Shown in pieces: positions 1 to 11,910 of a stretch of DNA of 28,103 bases. Position numbers and translations under genes: made by a program. The DNA comes from Spirochaetota bacterium (GTDB lineage Bacteria; Spirochaetota; UBA4802; JAFGDQ01): NCBI GenBank assembly GCA_043803405.1, contig JAZDKB010000049.1, positions 1-28,103 on the forward strand, read 5' to 3'. The first letter of the stretch is position 1. Each line of letters opens with the position of its first letter. A model generated the notes under the pieces. It did no database searches. It was not told the origin of the DNA and saw only the letters and a program-made list of their open reading frames with translations.

Positions 1-1584
1 TACTGCCGCATTCAGCGCAAGCAGGTTTGTCTGGAACGATATTTCGTTTATCATTGTGATGATTTCGCCTATTTTCTTGCTCGACTGGCTTATCTCATTT
101 ATCGAGCTTACGGCATTATTTACTATTACAAGCCCGTCTTCTGCCAGTTTGGACGCTTTGTCCGACATTACGTTTGCGTTATTCGCATTGTCGGCGTTCT
201 GTTTTATTGTTGCGGTCGTCTCTTCTATTGTGGATGCTATCTCTTCAAGAGAGGATGCCTGCTCCGCGGTACGCTGCGACAGGTTCTGGTTCCCGCTCGA
301 TATCTGTTCCACAGCCTGGGCCAGCCCCTGTACCGATTCGATTACCCTGGAAAGCAGATCGTCCAGGTTCCCGACTGCATTGTTAAGTGCTGTCGATATG
401 TCTCCCAGCATGCCTGCGTCTTCTCTTTTTCCAACATCAAGTCTTCCGGTTAAATTGCCGCCCGCAAATTTATTTGAAAATCCGGTTATGTCAGCAACAG
501 TCTTTTCAAGTTTTTCCGCAGTTATATTCAGCGTTCCCGCGATATCGCCGATTTCATCTCCTGAATTTTTACCTTTACATCTGGATAAAAAATTACCATT
601 AGCCATATCGTTTAAAACCGTTTTACATTCGTTTAACGGTTTAAGTTTCTTTGATATAAAAAGATACACAACAACAGCACTGATAGCTACTCCCGCAAGC
701 CCTACCAGTATAATAAGTAAAGCCATAGTGCGGGCTTCGTCGTTAATATCCGACACATACCCGGTACCGATGCATATAAGATCGAAATCCTTGCTTTCAA
801 TTTTTGCTGCGTATTTTTTCTTCCCTTCCCATTCATATTCCACATATGCTCCGTCCCTGGAGCGCATAAGGTTTTTGCCCCATTCTTCATTTTCCAGCTT
901 TAAGTTCAGGATTAATTCTTTATTAGGATGAGCAAAGGCAACCCCCGCTTTATCTGTTAAAAAAACATATCCGGTTTTCCCGATCTTAATATCTTTTATA
1001 AGTAATTGAGAAAATGTTCCAAGATCGACAGGCAGTCCCACAATGCCTATAACGGTATTCCCCTGCATAACAGGCACAGTCACAGCCGAAACGACTGTTT
1101 TCCCGTCCGGTGCCATTCCCGGTCGGCTAACAAACGGTTTGCCTTCAAGATTATTTTTAATATTCGCATCGAATCCTATACCGCCCCATCTTAATCCTTT
1201 TTGCCTGCCGTTACCGCTGATAAAAATCATTGGATTTTTCTCGGCAGTAGAAATAAACACTTCTTCAAAATAACCATGTACTTTATATTTATTTCTGATC
1301 AATTCCTCCAGCAGTTTTGTACCGGTGCGGGAAAGAACCGCTTCTTTAACCGGACTTAATAAAGCCAGTTCCCTTGCGCTGTTTACCTGCTGTGCCAGAT
1401 ACGCTTCAACTTCCATCTTAACGATTTTGTCGGTGTTGATCAACTGGTTGATGTATAATTCCTTTAAAGCGCTTACTGCAGAATTATATGATGAAATCGA
1501 GATTACTGCGGTCAGTAAAACTATTATTACTACCACAATAAACGAAAGAACTATTCTTAAACTTTTAGATCTTCCAATGCCCAT
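1..1584 (-). CDS. Methyl-accepting chemotaxis protein (TM-dCache-TM-HAMP-MCP signal), running off the left edge of the window
   Basis: Absent from the ORF track because its stop lies outside the window. ATG at 1584 follows a GGAGG RBS. It reads MGIGRSKSLRIVLSFIVVVIIVLL... then dCache 'IKIGKTGYVFLTDKAGVAFAHPNKELI', a second TM, 'LSQRTAEQASSLEEIASTIEE', and the hairpin-tip motif '[17 protein letters not shown]' at the window edge. Confidence 0.95.
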   Translation of the reverse strand, partial: MGIGRSKSLRIVLSFIVVVIIVLLTAVISISSYNSAVSALKELYINQLINTDKIVKMEVEAYLAQQVNSARELALLSPVKEAVLSRTGTKLLEELIRNKYKVHGYFEEVFISTAEKNPMIFISGNGRQKGLRWGGIGFDANIKNNLEGKPFVSRPGMAPDGKTVVSAVTVPVMQGNTVIGIVGLPVDLGTFSQLLIKDIKIGKTGYVFLTDKAGVAFAHPNKELILNLKLENEEWGKNLMRSRDGAYVEYEWEGKKKYAAKIESKDFDLICIGTGYVSDINDEARTMALLIILVGLAGVAISAVVVYLFISKKLKPLNECKTVLNDMANGNFLSRCKGKNSGDEIGDIAGTLNITAEKLEKTVADITGFSNKFAGGNLTGRLDVGKREDAGMLGDISTALNNAVGNLDDLLSRVIESVQGLAQAVEQISSGNQNLSQRTAEQASSLEEIASTIEETTATIKQNADNANNANVMSDKASKLAEDGLVIVNNAVSSINEISQSSKKIGEIITMINEISFQTNLLALNAAV

Positions 1585-1897
1585 CTTTTAACCTCCATTT
1601 AATCTTGTTTTATAGATTAGCATCAATTCCGTAAAAAGTCAAAAGAATTTCCCATGAATGGTTGCTGCTGTTAAAATCTTGCACAGCGCTGCACAACGTA
1701 AACAGAGACTGAATCCGATATTTTTTAGTAATTAATTATTTATTTATTGATTATTTTATATTGTTTAATTACAGTAGCTCTATTAAAGAGATTAACCATC
1801 GAAAACAATCAACCGGCTTTAAAGCAGCAGAGAACAAATTTTTAAAACAATATAAAAATTCTATTGACTTCTAATTCCCATATTTTATCGATTGATT

Positions 1898-2470
1898 ATG
1901 AACAAAAGAGATGCCATAATAAAAGCAGCCACCAAATTATTTGCGGTAAAAGGTTTTAACGGAACATCGGTCAGGAAGATTGCCGAAGAGGTTGCCCTGA
2001 GCGTACCGGGGATGTTTCATTATTTTCCGTCAAAAGAAGAAATCCTGAATGAGATAGTAATTAAATTCATGGACGATGGATACAATCAACTAATGGACAT
2101 CTATAACAGTGACAGAACTCCGATAGAAAAAGTTGAGGATGTTTGCAAATTCTATGCAGAGTATTATGCAGGCAATAAAGATCTCCTGACAATTCTTTTA
2201 ACGGAAGGAAAATCCCTTTCTCTTGAACACAGGCTTATATTTATTGAAAAACAACGGATATATGTTAAAGCCCTTAAACAGCTTTTTACCGATTTAATGG
2301 ATAAAGGACTTATTAAATCAATTAATCCTTCTGTTTTAACTTTCATGCTGTTCGGCATGGTTCATTATACCCATAAATGGTACTCCACCAGTAAAGAAAT
2401 CAGTCCGGATAAACTGGGTAAAATTTTCAGCGAGCTTTTTCTTCGTGGATTAATAAAGGATAACAAGTAA
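1898..2470 (+). CDS. TetR/AcrR family transcriptional regulator (KstR2-like C-terminal domain)
   Basis: N-terminal HTH 'IIKAATKLFAVKGFNGTSVRKIAEEVALSVPGMFHYFPSKEEIL'; C-terminal 'FGMVHYTHKWY...ISPDKLG'. ATG at 1898 is preferred over TTG at 1892. Confidence 0.93.
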   Translation: MNKRDAIIKAATKLFAVKGFNGTSVRKIAEEVALSVPGMFHYFPSKEEILNEIVIKFMDDGYNQLMDIYNSDRTPIEKVEDVCKFYAEYYAGNKDLLTILLTEGKSLSLEHRLIFIEKQRIYVKALKQLFTDLMDKGLIKSINPSVLTFMLFGMVHYTHKWYSTSKEISPDKLGKIFSELFLRGLIKDNK

Positions 2471-2551
2471 CCCTGCGGGAATAATTAAAGCTTATACCAA
2501 TAAAGCAAATTATCCCATTACGATCCTGACAATAACGATCTCTGTTTCCAA

Positions 2552-5005
2552 TCAGGAAACCTTGAAAAACTCAAGAACATCTTTCAGTTTCTCAGCCTGA
2601 GTGCTGATATCTTCGGCTGATGAAGCGATCTCCTCTGCCCCGGAAGCCTGATGCTGTGTCTGATCATTGATCTGGTTCATGGTTTTTGCAATCTCTTCAT
2701 GCGTAAGTGTCTGCTCACCCGTCGATCCTGAAATATTATCCGCCATATCCATTACCTGTCTGGCTGCATTCTGAACGTTTTCACTTGCCTTTGTCTGAAC
2801 TTCGGTTGAAGCTACTATCTTCTGAACATATTCTTTTGTTTTTGTAATATGCCCTATAATATTTTCAAGCGCTTTTGAAGTCTCAGCCACGTCCAGCCTG
2901 CCCTGCTCCGATGATTTTACCCCGTTTGATACGAGTATTGTAATATTCTTCGCCGAGTCAGCAGTCTGGTCCGCCAGTTTGCCGATTTCATCCGCGACAA
3001 CAGCAAAGCCCCTTCCGTATTCGCCGGCCCTGGCTGCCTCTATTGCCGCATTAAGAGCCAGCAGATTAACCTGATCCGAAACATTGCTTATCACAGTTAC
3101 CATCTCGGCAATCTTCAGTGATTGCTGTTCTATGTTGTCCATGCCTATAATAGTGTTCTTCATCAATTCATCGCCTTTCTTTGCTTCATCTGCAGCTATA
3201 TTAGCTACCTGCAATGTGCCTGCCAGGTCCAGGGAAACCGATTTAATTATTTTGCCGAGATCCTCCATTGCATTGTTCGCGTCCCTGGAAAGCTCGGACT
3301 GCACTTTGGCATTACCGGCTATCGATTCATTTGACGCGGAAATTTCCTCAAGGGATGCGGTTGCCTCCTCAACGGCAGCAGCCTGGGTCTGCGAGCTGTT
3401 CGCAAGCTGCGAACTTGTAGCTGCAAATTCTTCGGCGGATGCCGCCAGCTGGTTCGACAAATTAAGCGCGGTATTCACTACATCGCTTATCTTACCGCGG
3501 AATATATTCAGATTCTTGAGCATATCGCCAAGCTCATCGGGCAGATTATCTTCGCTTTTAACGGTTAGATCCCCTTCGGAAAACTTTTGAATAATTTTAA
3601 TAGTGTTCCTTATGGGAGTTGAAAATTTCTTGCCAATCATATAAACAACGACAATTGCTACACCTAATATTAGCACAAATGCGGATATGATGCTCCATAC
3701 CACAACATCGACAGGCTCCATGAGCTTTTCGTAAAATATTCTTGAAACAATATAATGACCAATAGAATCTATTGGCGTCTTCTTGTACAATAATGGACTG
3801 CCCATAGCTACAAATTCCCTGTACTCTGTATCACTGCTTTTTACAAAGGCAGCCAGGTCTTTGCCGTTTTCATCACGTATATCTTTCCCCAATACCTGAT
3901 TAATAAATTTCTTTTCCGTATGAAATATTATCTTTCCGTTATTATCAATCATAAAAAGAGATTCTTTCTCGCTGCTCGACTTTCCTATTATATCCTGAAT
4001 ATTTTCAACATTTATAGAAGTAAGAATCCCGCCTGTAACTTTTCCATCTCTGACTTTCGGAACAGCGCACATGAGCACCTGATTATTCGATGCCCTGCTG
4101 ACGATTAAATCGGACCATTTCGGTTTCGCATTTTCAAACATATATTTAATATAGTCCCTGTCTGCAAGATTAAGCTTTTTCCCGCTATTAATATAGCATG
4201 AGCCGTCAACTTTAAGCACTCCAAGATTTTCCATTCCCTTTTCTTTCCCTTTTTGAATAAGCCTGTTCATTACTCCATAAGCTTCATTTGGGCCAATATC
4301 ATCAGGAGAAATAAATTGAAGGTACGCCGCTAATTCCTGCTCAACTGACCTGAATTTATTATTAATCATTTCGGCAATTTTTTCGACCTTTAGCGATGTG
4401 CCGGATTTATAGCTGTTTATAGTTAAATTGACAGCCATTGAATAAACAGAAATGGCGAGTAAAACAAATGTCGCAATAATGAATACTAAAACAGGCGCCA
4501 GAATTTTTTCAAAGACAGTCAGGGACTCAATTTTTGTTATCTCTGCAAAAGGATGAAGTACGACCTTAAGTTTATAATAGTGGTTTACTGCGACAGCCAT
4601 CCCCAGAAAAATGCCAAGAAGAGAAAAAAATACAATCTGGGCGTTTGTAAATAAAATCCGCTGATACCAGCATATCAGCGATGTAGCTACGGAATTAAAT
4701 ATCAGCAAGGATATTAATATCACCGAGGCAGTTTGAGGTGTTCCTGCGATCTTTGTCTCTGCAGCAGAATCGTTTTCTATCCCATTAATCCGTTTTTGAA
4801 GCTTTTTTACTAAAAAATAATACACAAAGACTGTAATAAAAATAACAGGGAGAAGAAAGATTAAAAATTTTAATATTCTCAGGAATGAGGAAAAGCCGTT
4901 CCCGATTATTAAAAGAAGCAGTATTAGTGCCATGTGGCCCAATATATTAAAAATAAAATTCTTTACTAAATATAAACCAAATTTGTTCTGTTTTATTTCT
5001 TTCAT
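2552..5005 (-). CDS. Methyl-accepting chemotaxis protein with a multi-TM N-terminus and a dCache sensor
   Basis: About five N-terminal hydrophobic segments, dCache ('LADRDYIK...LIVSRAS', '[12 protein letters not shown]'), a TM, a HAMP domain, and '[34 protein letters not shown]'. Confidence 0.96.
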   Translation of the reverse strand: MKEIKQNKFGLYLVKNFIFNILGHMALILLLLIIGNGFSSFLRILKFLIFLLPVIFITVFVYYFLVKKLQKRINGIENDSAAETKIAGTPQTASVILISLLIFNSVATSLICWYQRILFTNAQIVFFSLLGIFLGMAVAVNHYYKLKVVLHPFAEITKIESLTVFEKILAPVLVFIIATFVLLAISVYSMAVNLTINSYKSGTSLKVEKIAEMINNKFRSVEQELAAYLQFISPDDIGPNEAYGVMNRLIQKGKEKGMENLGVLKVDGSCYINSGKKLNLADRDYIKYMFENAKPKWSDLIVSRASNNQVLMCAVPKVRDGKVTGGILTSINVENIQDIIGKSSSEKESLFMIDNNGKIIFHTEKKFINQVLGKDIRDENGKDLAAFVKSSDTEYREFVAMGSPLLYKKTPIDSIGHYIVSRIFYEKLMEPVDVVVWSIISAFVLILGVAIVVVYMIGKKFSTPIRNTIKIIQKFSEGDLTVKSEDNLPDELGDMLKNLNIFRGKISDVVNTALNLSNQLAASAEEFAATSSQLANSSQTQAAAVEEATASLEEISASNESIAGNAKVQSELSRDANNAMEDLGKIIKSVSLDLAGTLQVANIAADEAKKGDELMKNTIIGMDNIEQQSLKIAEMVTVISNVSDQVNLLALNAAIEAARAGEYGRGFAVVADEIGKLADQTADSAKNITILVSNGVKSSEQGRLDVAETSKALENIIGHITKTKEYVQKIVASTEVQTKASENVQNAARQVMDMADNISGSTGEQTLTHEEIAKTMNQINDQTQHQASGAEEIASSAEDISTQAEKLKDVLEFFKVS

Positions 5006-5272
5006 AATAGATCACCTGATAATCGCAGTAAAAAAAATTAGCACTTTGAAAGCCGCGTGATACTTCGATTTAATTCTTTAACAATAAGTGACGGCTGGCG
5101 CCTTAACACTGTATGTTTGTTCCGCGAGGAATTATATTAAATTGATAAGCTATCGATTGATCGGTAAATCGTTAGCTGAAAAAGTCAACTTTATTTTTTT
5201 ACAATATACTGTTTTTTATTTTTTTTAGAAGATTAACTGAAAAACATTGCGGGAATATATACGGATTTTTTA

Positions 5273-6223
5273 TTATTTCGATTTCTTCATTGCATTTCTT
5301 AAGGAATCTTTGTCAAAAGCTGCTTTTAATAAATTTTCTTCTATCTTTGAATAATATATATCGAAATTATTAAATGCTTTTGATGCAAGATACAGTTCAT
5401 TTTGTAAGGTTGTATGGAAAATAGCAGGGTCGTCAGTCGATATATTCACAGGTACGCCCGCATTTACCCAGCGCCAGAACGGATGCTGATATATTTGGTT
5501 TATATTGGTCAATAATAAATTACTGGAAAAACAAACATCGACAGGAGGGGACTGTGGCCCGAGTTTTTCTATCCAGTCAGCGATTGAGAGAGCATGAACA
5601 ATTCTGTCAGGTTCTAATTTTTCTACTAATTCAATTGCAAATTTATAATCTGTAGTTTCGCCGGCATGACATAATGTATATAATCCGGCTTTTTTAGCAT
5701 CATTAAATATATCCATGGCACTTTTAATATGCGCCCGTTTTTCATCACCGCCTAAACCGATGCCTACCACTCCCGCTTTTTTCAGGTTTTCTATATTATT
5801 GAATATATAATTATAATTATGTTTTGTAAACTGCCATGGTATGTCCAGGATAAATCTTATTACAGGACAATTTTCCATCTCTGCCATTTTTTCATTAATT
5901 TCCGACAAAACAGCGTTTAAATCCAGAGACCATGTTTCAATTACTACTATATTGATCGACATCTCTGCATATACAATATTATTTGAAACAGCCTGAATAG
6001 CATAATCCTGAACAACCTGACCATAAGCAACAGGGGAATTTAAAAAATTATACCGGAATCGCAATTGAGCTAAAAATCTTTCAAAATTATTTTTATAGAA
6101 CAGGGATGGCGCCGGAAAAAGAAATCCTGAATTGTCCCGCCATCTGGATATATGTGATTCCCATACGCATCCTTCAAGATGAACATGCAATTCACCTATT
6201 TTTTTCTTTTCCATAGGAGACAT
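5273..6223 (-). CDS. add: Adenosine/adenine deaminase family protein
   Basis: Amidohydrolase motifs ELHVHLEG, HAGE, RIVHA, VCFSSN and STDDP are all present. Confidence 0.88.
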   Translation of the reverse strand: MSPMEKKKIGELHVHLEGCVWESHISRWRDNSGFLFPAPSLFYKNNFERFLAQLRFRYNFLNSPVAYGQVVQDYAIQAVSNNIVYAEMSINIVVIETWSLDLNAVLSEINEKMAEMENCPVIRFILDIPWQFTKHNYNYIFNNIENLKKAGVVGIGLGGDEKRAHIKSAMDIFNDAKKAGLYTLCHAGETTDYKFAIELVEKLEPDRIVHALSIADWIEKLGPQSPPVDVCFSSNLLLTNINQIYQHPFWRWVNAGVPVNISTDDPAIFHTTLQNELYLASKAFNNFDIYYSKIEENLLKAAFDKDSLRNAMKKSK

Positions 6224-6515
6224 ACTCCCTTTTCATAAAAATATTAACTTTATTTATGCTTTGTTTTCTTAGCCCGATAATTTTAAGTCTGTTTAATTAT
6301 TAAAAAAAATATTTTTTAAAAGACCGTTAAACAATAGCATATACAATGTAGATTTCAATTAAAAATCCGGAATTATTTCAGAGAAAATATATATATTAAA
6401 AAACTGCTACGACAAGCAGCCTATTGTTCTTTGAAAATAGTATAATTAAAATACTTAATTATTATAGTATTATATATATTTGTATGTTATGCATTGAGAA
6501 TATTTAAAAAACAGC

Positions 6516-6543
6516 TTGACAATTTTTTAATTTATATTAAACT
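6516..6543 (+). promoter_or_regulatory. Putative sigma70 promoter of the EF-hand gene
   Basis: TTGACA-N16-TAAACT, followed by an AGGAGG RBS before ATG 6591. Confidence 0.55.
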
Positions 6544-6590
6544 TTTTTAAGTTAGACTGAAATTTATTTTACAAAAGGAGGTTTGAAACA

Positions 6591-6863
6591 ATGAAAGTAT
6601 TAACAGTAATTATAGTAATTATTCTTGCCGTTGCTGCTGTCTTTGGTGTTAGATATGTTTTAAAATTACAAGAAACTAATCGAATAGCAGATTGTGAAGA
6701 AAAATTTGCAAGAATTGATATAAACAAGGACCTCAAAGTAAGTTTAGAAGAATTTAAATCTGAAAAACAATTAGCAGGCAATGACGTAGGATATTTTAAC
6801 TCAAAAGACAGCAATAAAGATGGTTTTCTTTCAAAAGAAGAATTATGTTCTAAAGACGAATAG
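6591..6863 (+). CDS. Small membrane-anchored or exported EF-hand protein
   Basis: N-terminal hydrophobic helix, two EF-hand loops (DINKDLKVSLEE, DSNKDGFLSKEE), a Cys pair, and a strong AGGAGG RBS. Confidence 0.85.
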   Translation: MKVLTVIIVIILAVAAVFGVRYVLKLQETNRIADCEEKFARIDINKDLKVSLEEFKSEKQLAGNDVGYFNSKDSNKDGFLSKEELCSKDE

Positions 6864-6893
6864 AGAGTGCCACTGTAAAATTATCATTTTCAC

Positions 6894-6932
6894 AAACCTT
6901 CTGACACTATCGTTTAGTTGCTCAGAAGGTTT
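6894..6932. terminator. Hairpin between convergent genes (possible terminator)
   Basis: 11-bp stem AAACCTTCTGA/TCAGAAGGTTT, 30 nt downstream of the EF-hand stop codon. Confidence 0.5.
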
Positions 6933-7093
6933 ACTTAATTTCAAAGCGTGAATTATTTGGGATTTTTTTCATAAGACCTTTATAAGTTTGAAAATAAGTA
7001 TTATACCGAGTAACAGTATGACTATATTTATTGCTATAAGAAAAATATATCCTGCGATTTTCCATCTGCCTGTAATTCTCCACTTAAACATAT

Positions 7094-7711
7094 CTACTCA
7101 ATTCTCCGCCCGATAAGCTTCTTTATAGATATCTCCTCTCTCTCCATTTCCTCAAGCCTGTCCGATATATATTTCTTAGTATCCTCGTAAGACGGGATAA
7201 ATATCTTTTCAAGTGCATTTACCTTTCTCTGAACTTTTTTAAGTTCAGATGAGAGAAGAAAAATCTTTTTTGCTAAAGACGAATAGTTTATAATAAGCTT
7301 AATCAAAGGAGCAGAATTAACCTTAATCATATCATAAGCGGCACCGGTACCTGCCAAAGATGAATTAACTGCGGGATCACCAGTCTCAACCGAATATTCC
7401 GGTATTGATATGCCCATCAGCCTTAAATTTTTTCTCGTTAATGTATAACTGATTTTTTCAGAAACAGATTTCATTGCAAGAATCTCAGCTCCGGATACAA
7501 CACATGCATTCTTATATTTCATGTAATGTTCATCAAGCGCTGTTTCAAGTTCGCTCTCAGTTTCTTTTATCCCCTTTATGGTTTTCATAATTTCAAGTAC
7601 AAGTATCTCCCTCTTCTGGTTTAAGAGATCAAATCCCTCGTAGGCAAATTCGAGGTCTGACCGGACTTTACGAAGATTCGACCTGGTAGGGGCAATTTCT
7701 ATTCTCTGCAT
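7094..7711 (-). CDS. atpD: V/A-type ATP synthase subunit D
   Basis: 'PTRSNL...GFDLLNQKREIL' and 'ELKKVQRKVNALEKIFIP...LEEMERE'; last gene of the operon. Confidence 0.95.
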   Translation of the reverse strand: MQRIEIAPTRSNLRKVRSDLEFAYEGFDLLNQKREILVLEIMKTIKGIKETESELETALDEHYMKYKNACVVSGAEILAMKSVSEKISYTLTRKNLRLMGISIPEYSVETGDPAVNSSLAGTGAAYDMIKVNSAPLIKLIINYSSLAKKIFLLSSELKKVQRKVNALEKIFIPSYEDTKKYISDRLEEMEREEISIKKLIGRRIE

Positions 7712-9105
7712 TATACTGCTCCGCCAGTGGTATCGGGTATATAGTACTGATGAATATCTTCCTGGGAAATACGATACAGTTCATCTTTAGGAAGATATGA
7801 TAACATTTTCCATCCGATTGAAAGCGTAGTTTCTATGCTTCTGTCCTCATCATAACCCTGGCTAAGGAATTCATTCTCAAAAGACCTTCCGAATGCAAGA
7901 TAAAGCCTGTCGAGTTTAGAAATTTCTTCCTCTCCTACTATTGCAGCAAGGGCTCTTATCCTTTTAACTTTTGCGTAACATGCAAACAACTGAGCCGCCA
8001 GTCCTGCATGATCCCCGCGCGTTCTTCCTTCGCCTATACCGTCTTTCATTAAACGCGACAGAGACGGCAGCCCGGCTATCGGAGGATAAACGCCGCGGTT
8101 AAAGAGTTCTCTTTCAAGCACGATCTGGCCTTCCGTAATATATCCTGTAAGATCAGGCACGGGATGGGAGATGTCATCGCTAGGCATTGTGAGTATGGGT
8201 ATTTGTGTAATTGACCCGCGGCTGCCTTTAAGACGGCCCGATCGTTCATATATAGACGCAAGGTCGCTGTATAAATATCCGGGGTATCCCTTTCTTGACG
8301 GGATCTCCCCGCGGGAGCTGGAGAGTTCTCTTAGAGACTCGCAGTAGTTCGACATATCAGTCAGTATTACAAGCACATGCATGTTGAGGTCGTACGCAAG
8401 ATACTCTGCCAGCGTGAGAGCCGCGCGCGGTGTAATCAGCCTTTCGATTGACGGCGAATTTGCAAGGCTGAGGAACAGGGCGGAATTGCCGAGCACCCCG
8501 CTATCCTCGAATGATTTAATAAAAAAATGAGCCACATCAAATTTTACGCCCATTGCGGCAAAGACCACTGTAAACTCCTCTTCAGAGGAAAGGATCTTTG
8601 CCTGCTTTGCAATCTGGGCAGCGATTCTATTGTGAGGCATACCGCTCCCTGAAAATATTGGAAGCTTCTGTCCCCTTATAAGGGTATTCATCCCGTCAAT
8701 AGCGGATATTCCTGTTTCTATGAAATCGCGCGGATAGTCCCTGCTGTACGGATTCATCGGGAGCCCGTTAATGTCGCGCATAATCTCCGATATTACCTGG
8801 GGAGCGCCGTCCATAGGCCTGCCGAGTCCGTCAAATACGCGCCCCAGCATCTCCCTGTGCACCGGCATCTCCAGGGTCTTTCCGAGGAATATGGTGCGCA
8901 TATTTTTCTGGGAAAGCCCCGAAGTTCCTTCGAATACCTGTACTACAGCCTTATCTTCATCCACCTCAAGAGTCTGCCCGATCCTGATCTCGCCTGAAGG
9001 GGTTCTTATCTCAACAAGTTCGCCGAGTCCTGCGTTCCTGGCTCCTTCAACTATAATAAGGGGTCCCGTGATTCCTGCGACATTCATGTATTCACGTTCC
9101 ATCAC
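7711..9105 (-). CDS. atpB: V/A-type ATP synthase subunit B
   Basis: '[15 protein letters not shown]', '[18 protein letters not shown]', '[15 protein letters not shown]'. Confidence 0.98.
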   Translation of the reverse strand: MMEREYMNVAGITGPLIIVEGARNAGLGELVEIRTPSGEIRIGQTLEVDEDKAVVQVFEGTSGLSQKNMRTIFLGKTLEMPVHREMLGRVFDGLGRPMDGAPQVISEIMRDINGLPMNPYSRDYPRDFIETGISAIDGMNTLIRGQKLPIFSGSGMPHNRIAAQIAKQAKILSSEEEFTVVFAAMGVKFDVAHFFIKSFEDSGVLGNSALFLSLANSPSIERLITPRAALTLAEYLAYDLNMHVLVILTDMSNYCESLRELSSSRGEIPSRKGYPGYLYSDLASIYERSGRLKGSRGSITQIPILTMPSDDISHPVPDLTGYITEGQIVLERELFNRGVYPPIAGLPSLSRLMKDGIGEGRTRGDHAGLAAQLFACYAKVKRIRALAAIVGEEEISKLDRLYLAFGRSFENEFLSQGYDEDRSIETTLSIGWKMLSYLPKDELYRISQEDIHQYYIPDTTGGAV

Positions 9106-10883
9106 TTTACTTTCCCGTTAACTTTTTTCTGAAGCATGGATAATTCAGACTCAAGCCTCTTTTCAAACTCATCGATTTTATCAAGCTCATCATTCCCAAT
9201 TTCAGATTTCAGCCTGGTTATTTCATTTACAACAGGAAGGGAGATTATGTTCTGCATTTCAACACCGTCCTTAAAAAACATTTTCCCGTTTGAGTAAAAC
9301 CTGACTATAAGCTTAAGAAGTTTAATCTGCTTCTCCGGTGTGCTGTACATATCCTTGGGATCAAAGGCATTCTGCTGCAAAAAACCGTTCTTTATCAGTT
9401 CAGCGCAGAAGAGCAGAAATCTTTCATTAAGTGGCAGTGCGTCCGGGCCGACCAGTTTTACTATCTGCTGGAGCCGGTTCTCCTCGAGAAGAATACGCAG
9501 AGCCTCCGCCCTTACTTTCTGCCATTCGTTATCGACTCCCATCCACCACTCTTTTATATCATCCAAATATTCACTGTAGCTGTCTATCCAGCTGATGGAG
9601 GGATAATGCCTGGCATCGGCAAGCATCTTATCGAGCGCCCAGAAGCATCGCACGAAACGAGTTGTATGCTGGGTAACCGGCTCCGAGAAATCGCCCCCGG
9701 GCGGCGACACAGCCCCTATTATTGCAATGCTGCCTTCGCTCCCGCTGAGAGTGTCGACATAACCTGCCCTTTCATAGAACTCGGCAAGCCTGGTTGCCAG
9801 GTACGATGGAAATCCCTCTTCTGCGGGCATATCGCCAAGCCTGCTGGACAGTTCACGCAAAGCCTCGGCCCAGCGTGAAGTAGAATCCGCCATTATTGCA
9901 ACGCTGTACCCCATATCCCTGAAGTATTCGGCGATCGTTACCCCAGTATATATACTGACCTCTCTCGCGGCAACCGGCATGTTGGATGTATTAGCTATCA
10001 TTACAGTGCGTTCCATAAGCGAACGCCCTGTTCTGGGATCAATAAGTTTCGGGAATTCATTAAGGACATCCGTCATCTCATTGCCCCTCTCGCCGCAGCC
10101 GATATAGACTATGATTTCAGCATCGCACCATTTCGCAAGAGCGTGCTGGGTCATTGTCTTGCCTGTGCCGAAACCTCCGGGTATGGCTGCGGTTCCTCCC
10201 CTCGCAATTGGGAAAAATGTATCAATTATTCTCTGTCCTGTTATCAGGGGAACATCCGATTTTTTCTTCTCCTTATATGGTCTTGCTTTACGCACAGGCC
10301 AGTAATTAGCCAGCCTTCCGCTGAATGATCCGTTTTCTGTGTTTACTCTGTATATCTCCTGTTCAATATTGTAATCGCCCGAGGGCGCAGCATATTCAAT
10401 CCTGCCCGAAACACCGGGAGGAACAATGATCCTGTGCAGAACAGCATCGCTTTCACGAATCTCCCCTATAAGTGATCCGCTCCTCACCTCACCGCCTTCG
10501 GCAATTTTAATATCCGTATGCCACTTCTTTTCAGCATCAAGCGGCGAAGCTTTTACGCCCTTGGTAATAAATGACCCGGTGATCTTCTCCAGGCTGATAA
10601 GCGGACGCTGTATCCCGTCATAAATATTCGAGATAAGGCCGGGCCCGAGAAAAACAGAGAGGGGCCTGCCGGATGTTGAGACAGTATCACCGGGTTTCAG
10701 CCCTGTATTGTCCTCGTAAACCTGTATCACAGCAACTTCGTCCTGAAATCTAATGATTTCTCCTATAAGGTTATACGGCCCGACTTCGGCCATATCGAGC
10801 ATACCTGCGCCGCGGAGCCCAACTGCCTTCACTATCGGGCCGTTAACGCCTATAACTTTGCCTGTTAATCCTGATCCGTTCAC
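9102..10883 (-). CDS. atpA: V/A-type ATP synthase subunit A (catalytic)
   Basis: P-loop GGFGTGKT, 'GCGERGNEM', '[13 protein letters not shown]', '[14 protein letters not shown]'; GTG start. Confidence 0.98.
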   Translation of the reverse strand: MNGSGLTGKVIGVNGPIVKAVGLRGAGMLDMAEVGPYNLIGEIIRFQDEVAVIQVYEDNTGLKPGDTVSTSGRPLSVFLGPGLISNIYDGIQRPLISLEKITGSFITKGVKASPLDAEKKWHTDIKIAEGGEVRSGSLIGEIRESDAVLHRIIVPPGVSGRIEYAAPSGDYNIEQEIYRVNTENGSFSGRLANYWPVRKARPYKEKKKSDVPLITGQRIIDTFFPIARGGTAAIPGGFGTGKTMTQHALAKWCDAEIIVYIGCGERGNEMTDVLNEFPKLIDPRTGRSLMERTVMIANTSNMPVAAREVSIYTGVTIAEYFRDMGYSVAIMADSTSRWAEALRELSSRLGDMPAEEGFPSYLATRLAEFYERAGYVDTLSGSEGSIAIIGAVSPPGGDFSEPVTQHTTRFVRCFWALDKMLADARHYPSISWIDSYSEYLDDIKEWWMGVDNEWQKVRAEALRILLEENRLQQIVKLVGPDALPLNERFLLFCAELIKNGFLQQNAFDPKDMYSTPEKQIKLLKLIVRFYSNGKMFFKDGVEMQNIISLPVVNEITRLKSEIGNDELDKIDEFEKRLESELSMLQKKVNGKVK

Positions 10884-10950
10884 AGATTGATCACCTTAAG
10901 CTATTACAAGTCATCTAAAACATGAGTTTTGTTTATTACAGATTGAGTTT

Positions 10951-11604
10951 CTAAATAGCTCTTATATCTTGCAGATTCCTTACAATCTCTCTTCTTATCT
11001 CGCCGCTTTTTCTGTATATGATCCTTTCAATTGTATTATTATAGACAACCTCTGTTTCATCATCAATTACCATGGCTCCCCCCATCAGTACATTATTATC
11101 AGCCGATATTCGGATGTTAAGATTATACCCGCTGCTGTTAATTACTTTCATAATATCATCCGAAAAATTTAAATCTTCCTGGGATATAAGAACAGTTGCG
11201 CTTTTGCCTTTTATATCTTTAAAAGCATTTACAACGCACATCTTCAGAAAATCCACATAACGCGGATCGCTTCTGATAGATGATGAAGCTCCGGAAATTA
11301 AACTATTAATGAATGATTCGATTATTTCGAGTTTCTGTTTTTTTATTTCTGTTGATAAAAGATTGCGCATCTTCGATTCTTCGTATTTAATCTTTTCTTC
11401 ATATTCCTTCTGCTGCAAAGCTCGATACTGTTCAATCTCATCAAGAAAAGCGGCATCTATCTTTTTAATTTCAATATCCGCGAGGCTGTTGGCTTTTTCA
11501 ATATTCCGCAGGATATTCTCGCGGAGAGAATTTATTAAGAGCGCCGGATCACTTCTGTGATCGTACCTGTGATCCATCTCTTTGACTGTTCCGGCTTCTT
11601 TCAT
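10951..11604 (-). CDS. atpE: V/A-type ATP synthase subunit E
   Basis: Charged helical N-terminal half and C-terminal 'MGGAMVIDDETEVVYNNTIERII'; operon position. The exact start is uncertain. Confidence 0.85.
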   Translation of the reverse strand: MKEAGTVKEMDHRYDHRSDPALLINSLRENILRNIEKANSLADIEIKKIDAAFLDEIEQYRALQQKEYEEKIKYEESKMRNLLSTEIKKQKLEIIESFINSLISGASSSIRSDPRYVDFLKMCVVNAFKDIKGKSATVLISQEDLNFSDDIMKVINSSGYNLNIRISADNNVLMGGAMVIDDETEVVYNNTIERIIYRKSGEIRREIVRNLQDIRAI

Positions 11605-11906
11605 AACGCCACTCCAAGCGCCTCGGTAATATAGCTCGTAAGCGATTTCCCGAATCCGCGCTCATCATCAATGCCGGGAATTTCGATAATCACTCTTTGA
11701 GGCGATTCAAGATTTATTCTTTTTATTTCTCCGGCAAGTGTTTCAGCGCACTCTCTTGTTATAATAATTACGGAGGCATTATCTTGCCTTAACAAATATT
11801 CAAGGATAGAACCCGACGATTTCGCATCAGCGATAAATCCCTTTATCCCTGATATCCTGAATGCGTTGACAGTATGGACATCACCTATGAGATAAACAGC
11901 TTCCAT
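11601..11906 (-). CDS. atpF: V/A-type ATP synthase subunit F
   Basis: 'VYLIGDVHTVNAFRISGI' and 'IIEIPG...ITEALGVAL'. Start moved to ATG 11906, just after the subunit K stop. Confidence 0.92.
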   Translation of the reverse strand: MEAVYLIGDVHTVNAFRISGIKGFIADAKSSGSILEYLLRQDNASVIIITRECAETLAGEIKRINLESPQRVIIEIPGIDDERGFGKSLTSYITEALGVAL

Positions 11907-11910
11907 TGAA

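Noticed and set aside
56..1591. Plus-strand ORFs (56..931, 1043..1273, 1325..1591 and others)
   Set aside because: Antisense shadows of the minus-strand MCP gene, which has clear motifs and an RBS.
1679..1696. Imperfect palindrome TTGCACAGCGCTGCACAA as a TetR operator
   Set aside because: Single occurrence, 14/18 symmetric, and about 200 nt from the TetR start; not enough support.
5006..5272. c-di-GMP riboswitch or sigma28 promoter upstream of the MCP genes
   Set aside because: No GEMM-type consensus is visible, and the TAAA...CGAT candidates here and near 1800 have off-consensus spacing.
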